From Gnetum montanum (lineage: Eukaryota; Plantae; Gnetophyta): 64,000 bases of DNA. Of this stretch, positions 60,829-64,000 are shown in pieces (position 1 is the first letter of the stretch; each line of letters begins with the position of its first letter). The notes beneath the pieces were generated by a model. It was given only the letters and a program-made list of their open reading frames with translations. It searched no databases and was not told where the DNA came from. Made by a program: the position numbers and the translations under genes. The stretch lies in NCBI GenBank assembly GCA_015680685.1, contig MNCI01002736.1, positions 86,598-150,597 of the forward strand, written 5' to 3'.

Positions 60829-62911
60829 TGTTAATTCCTTCTATTTATTAATTGATGAGTCATAAATAGACAAGTTGCGTCGACGGGCATGCGTCAACGT
60901 AGATGCATCTATGGAATATGATGACTAGATGTTCATAAAGGAATTAGATAGATCTCATTCATAAATCTATATTAAATAAGATGATATCTTATTCATATAA
61001 TTCCTATCTAATCCCATGATTAGTTCATCCCTTTTTAAGAAGATCCTTAAATGAGATGATAACGATCATCCCCATGATTTCTAAGATTCATGCTTATCCC
61101 TCCAAATCTATTTTTGGGAGATCAAGGCCTCTATAATTGTAGCAACACATATTCATTAGTAAGAGAATTTAAAAGAGTTTTACATGAGTGTGTTTGTTCT
61201 AACTAAGTTCTTTATTTCCTTTTAGCTTAGATCATAGATCTAGGACCCTCTAAATTCTTCATTTGGTATCGAAGCTGGTTAGTTCAAATTCTTGACAACA
61301 GATCTCTCCAGAATGGCCCAAAATCACAGATTCGTATCTCTCCAACTTCCTACCTTCAATGGAGAGAATTATGAGTATTGGGCAATCAAGATGCAGACAT
61401 TTTTTATTTCATAAGATCTATGGGATTTTGTTGAAAATGGATTCAAAGATGTTGATCAAGTAACATTTCAAGCCTTGAAGGAAGAACAAAAGAATGAAGT
61501 CAAAATGCTTCATAAGAAAATGCAAAAGCATTATTCATCATCATTAACCTGGGTTAGATGTGACAATCTTTCCCAAAATTGTCATGCATTGAACTAGCAA
61601 AGTTGCATGGGATGCATTGGAGATTGCATACAAGGGATTATCAAAAGTTCGTGTTGTCAAGTTACAAGTATTAAGGAAAGATTTTGAATCTCTATGCATG
61701 CTAGATTCAAAGAATATTGATCAATACATTTGCCGATTTCAACAAGTTCGAAATGGACTTGAAGCTTGTGGAGAAATGTTTGAGGAAAGGCATGTTGTTG
61801 AAAAGATCCTTCGAAGTGTAACTAAACAATATGATCCCATCATCATGGCTGTTAAAGAAGCAAGAGATCTAAATAAGATTACCATGGTTGAGCTTATAGA
61901 AAGCTTGAGGACATATGAGCAATGGATTGCTGATCGTGAGGATTCAACAGCAAATGCATTTCAAGCATAATTTCAGAGGACTTCCAATCAAAATCAAAAT
62001 CAACATCAAAGATCCTTAGGTGGATCCTCATTCAAAGGATGCAAACGTGGTGGTGGCAAATTTGGAGGTTGTTGTCGTGGAAGATCAAATCAATTAAAGA
62101 AAAGTACGCATTGTGATTTTTGTGGTACCAACACTCACAATACTCTAGAATGTTGGTCTAGAAAGAAGTATGAAAAGAAAGGTAAAGCAAAAATTGTAGA
62201 ACATGAAGATCGGCAAAAGGATCAACAAAAAACTAAGCAATCATTTTATATTGAAAAGGAGGAAGATCAACTCCTAATCTCTACAAAGGTAGTAGATGCT
62301 GGCAACAACAATAATATTTGGTATGTTGCTACTGGGTGCAACAATAATATTTGGTATGTTGATACTAGGTGCAGCAATTACATGACAGGGAATAAGAAAT
62401 AGTTCACAAGTTTAGAAAAATATGATGAAAAGGAAACTACAGATAATGGAAAGAAGCTAACCATTACCAAGATTGGATTGTTTACCTTCACAACAACTTA
62501 AGGTAACAAATATGTTATTTCCCAAATCTATTTTGTTCTAAATCTTTCAAAGAATTTATTAAGTGTGGGGCAATTATGTTGCAATGGGTATCATGTTGAA
62601 TTTGAAAAAGATGTTTGTAAAATCTCTAAGGCTAATGATGATAAAGGTATCACCATTATCCCTATTAACAAGAATCAGATGTAAAAGTTGCAGATGCAAG
62701 ACAATGTTCATTGTCTCACTATCACAGAAGACACAACATGGTTATGGCATGCTCGATTAGGACATGTCAACTTTGGCTCAATGGACTGCATGCAAAAGGG
62801 AGAAATTGTAAGAGGTAAGCCAAAATTTTCTTTGCGAGATAATCATGATTCTAACATATGTCAACGAGGAAAATTTACAAAGTTGCCATTTCCTAAGAAA
62901 GAACATAGATC
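60829..62911 (+). mobile_element. 5' part of a Ty1/copia element (Ivana-like gag): 5' LTR 60829-61261, PBS, disrupted gag-protease-pre-integrase; interrupted by a LINE
   Basis: LTR TGTTA...CTTCA then TGGTATCGAAGC (iMet PBS, 61264); MAQ...LPTFNGENYEYWAIKM...DLWDFVENG; VKLQVLRKDFESLCM; VVEKILRS; CDFCGTNTHNTLEC; NIWYVDTRCSNYMTG; WLWHARLGHVNF; CQRGKFTKLPF. LTR 5' start is less certain. Confidence 0.9.
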
Positions 62912-64000
62912 GATTAGGATAGAGAGCTGTTTTAGGCGATGGCGAGCACAGGAGCGGAGGATCAGGCGAGAGCAGGAGTGGCAAATCTGACAAGCGCAGG
63001 AGCGGCGACTCAAGCAAGCAAAGGGGCGAACACGGGTAAACCGGCTAACACTAGAGCAGGACCCACAAACCCGAGGCTCGCCATGGGACACACAGGTGGC
63101 GGTGAACAGAAGGAAAGCGGGAAGGACCTGGTCAGGGCCAAACAGGACCACGGGGGGGATGCAGACCAAGCACCAAATGGGGAGATTGAGGCACAATCCC
63201 ATACAGACAACACCATGTGCCTCTGGGTCAGCGGACCCCTGATGGAGGGAGTCCAAACTATGCAACGGAGCCTCATTGGCCGTTTCGTGTCCCTAGGCGC
63301 TCGCCCGCAGATGGAGTTAATCTGCAGGTGGGTACAAGAAACCTGGAAGATTGGACAAGTGGAGGTCTGTAGCCTATCTGAGGAGTTGCTATTGTTCATT
63401 TTTCTGACTCAGCAAGCTAAGGACACGGTGTTGCTGGGGGGACCATAGTTCTATGGTGCTCGAGGGCTAGCTTTAACCCCTTGGCGACTGGGGGCACACC
63501 GTGAGATGGACCTATTTGCTCGGGCTCCGGTGTGGATGAGGGTGTCTGAGATTCCATGGGAGATGTTAAACCTGGAATTCCTGGAACATATGGCAGGGTT
63601 TTTCAGGGAGTTATGCAATCAATGGCACGGATGGGATTCGCCTGTTTCTGCGTGTGGCAAAATCTATTTGCCAAGGACCTCACCCAGGAAATAGTGTTGG
63701 AGCTCCCTGGAGAGGAGGAACACCTTCAGGTTGAGTTTGAAAACCTGGAGGTAGAGCTAGACATGGAACGGGGACTATAGGCCCCAGAAGACAGGGGAGG
63801 AGGTTGTGCATGCTGTGGGAAACCCGGTCACCATGAGGCTGACTATCAATTTTGGAGGGTTCGGCCAACGCGAGCGTAGGACCAGGTCCAGTGGCTGGTT
63901 GAGGGTGGGGACTAGGTTATGGTGAGACGTAAGGGCCGACCGAACCCACCACCAGATCAACCGTCCCATCACCCCCCCCCCCCCCCCCCCCCCCCCCCCC
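62912..64000 (+). mobile_element. 5' end of an L1-clade LINE: disrupted ORF1 with DUF4283 (RRM-like) domain, starting at ATG 62939
   Basis: Abrupt rise in GC content; LIGRF...RWVQETWKIGQVEVCSLSEELLLFIF...KDTVLLGGP*FYGARGLALTPW...APVWMRVSEIPWE...LEHMAG is the typical plant LINE ORF1 pattern, with TGG>TAG at 63446-63448. Confidence 0.9.
63972..64000. repeat. Poly(C) run (at least 29 nt, runs off the window)
   Basis: Homopolymer visible at the window end. Confidence 0.95.

Noticed and set aside
62861-63399. Minus-strand ORFs of 129-134 aa
   Set aside because: Antisense to GC-rich LINE ORF1, where stop codons are scarce.
63972-64000. Poly(C) as a functional G-quadruplex or i-motif element
   Set aside because: Truncated by the window edge, and long homopolymers are prone to sequencing error; cannot be evaluated.
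1-64000. CRISPR arrays, rRNA genes, prokaryotic operons, organellar or viral insertions
   Set aside because: None recognised; the sequence is spliced eukaryotic DNA, and its repeats are explained by LTRs, SINEs and local duplications.

Overview
AT-rich plant (angiosperm-like) nuclear DNA with two convergent host genes separated by about 32 kb of mostly transposon sequence. The first is a complete 10-exon TMEM120/TMPIT-family membrane protein gene (+, 8944-20112, 354 aa). The second is the last two exons of a BOLA2 gene (-, 52294-52800), which the ORF track misses; its exon 1 was not found in the window. The main intergenic feature is a three-level LTR retrotransposon nest with readable target-site duplications: a minus-strand Athila-like element C (23351-45969, TSD ATTAT) contains a Sirevirus-type copia (28147-43724, TSD ATTTT/GTTTT), whose 5' LTR contains Athila-like element B (28166-37537, TSD TATGT). 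A sister of B (element A) fills 1-4617. B and C lack pol. B carries gag plus a ~900-codon 'env-like'/coiled-coil second ORF behind a splice acceptor. A shows the same ORF, and C keeps only its ends. A and B also carry the same CpG-centred palindrome array in U3 and upstream of ORF2. Other features: two intronic solo LTRs, a tRNA-derived SINE family (6 copies, two tail types), a Galadriel-like gypsy remnant, a long inverted repeat just 3' of BOLA2, and a copia interrupted by a GC-rich L1 LINE at the right edge. All TE coding regions are disrupted. All comparisons were made by eye; no alignment or database search was run.
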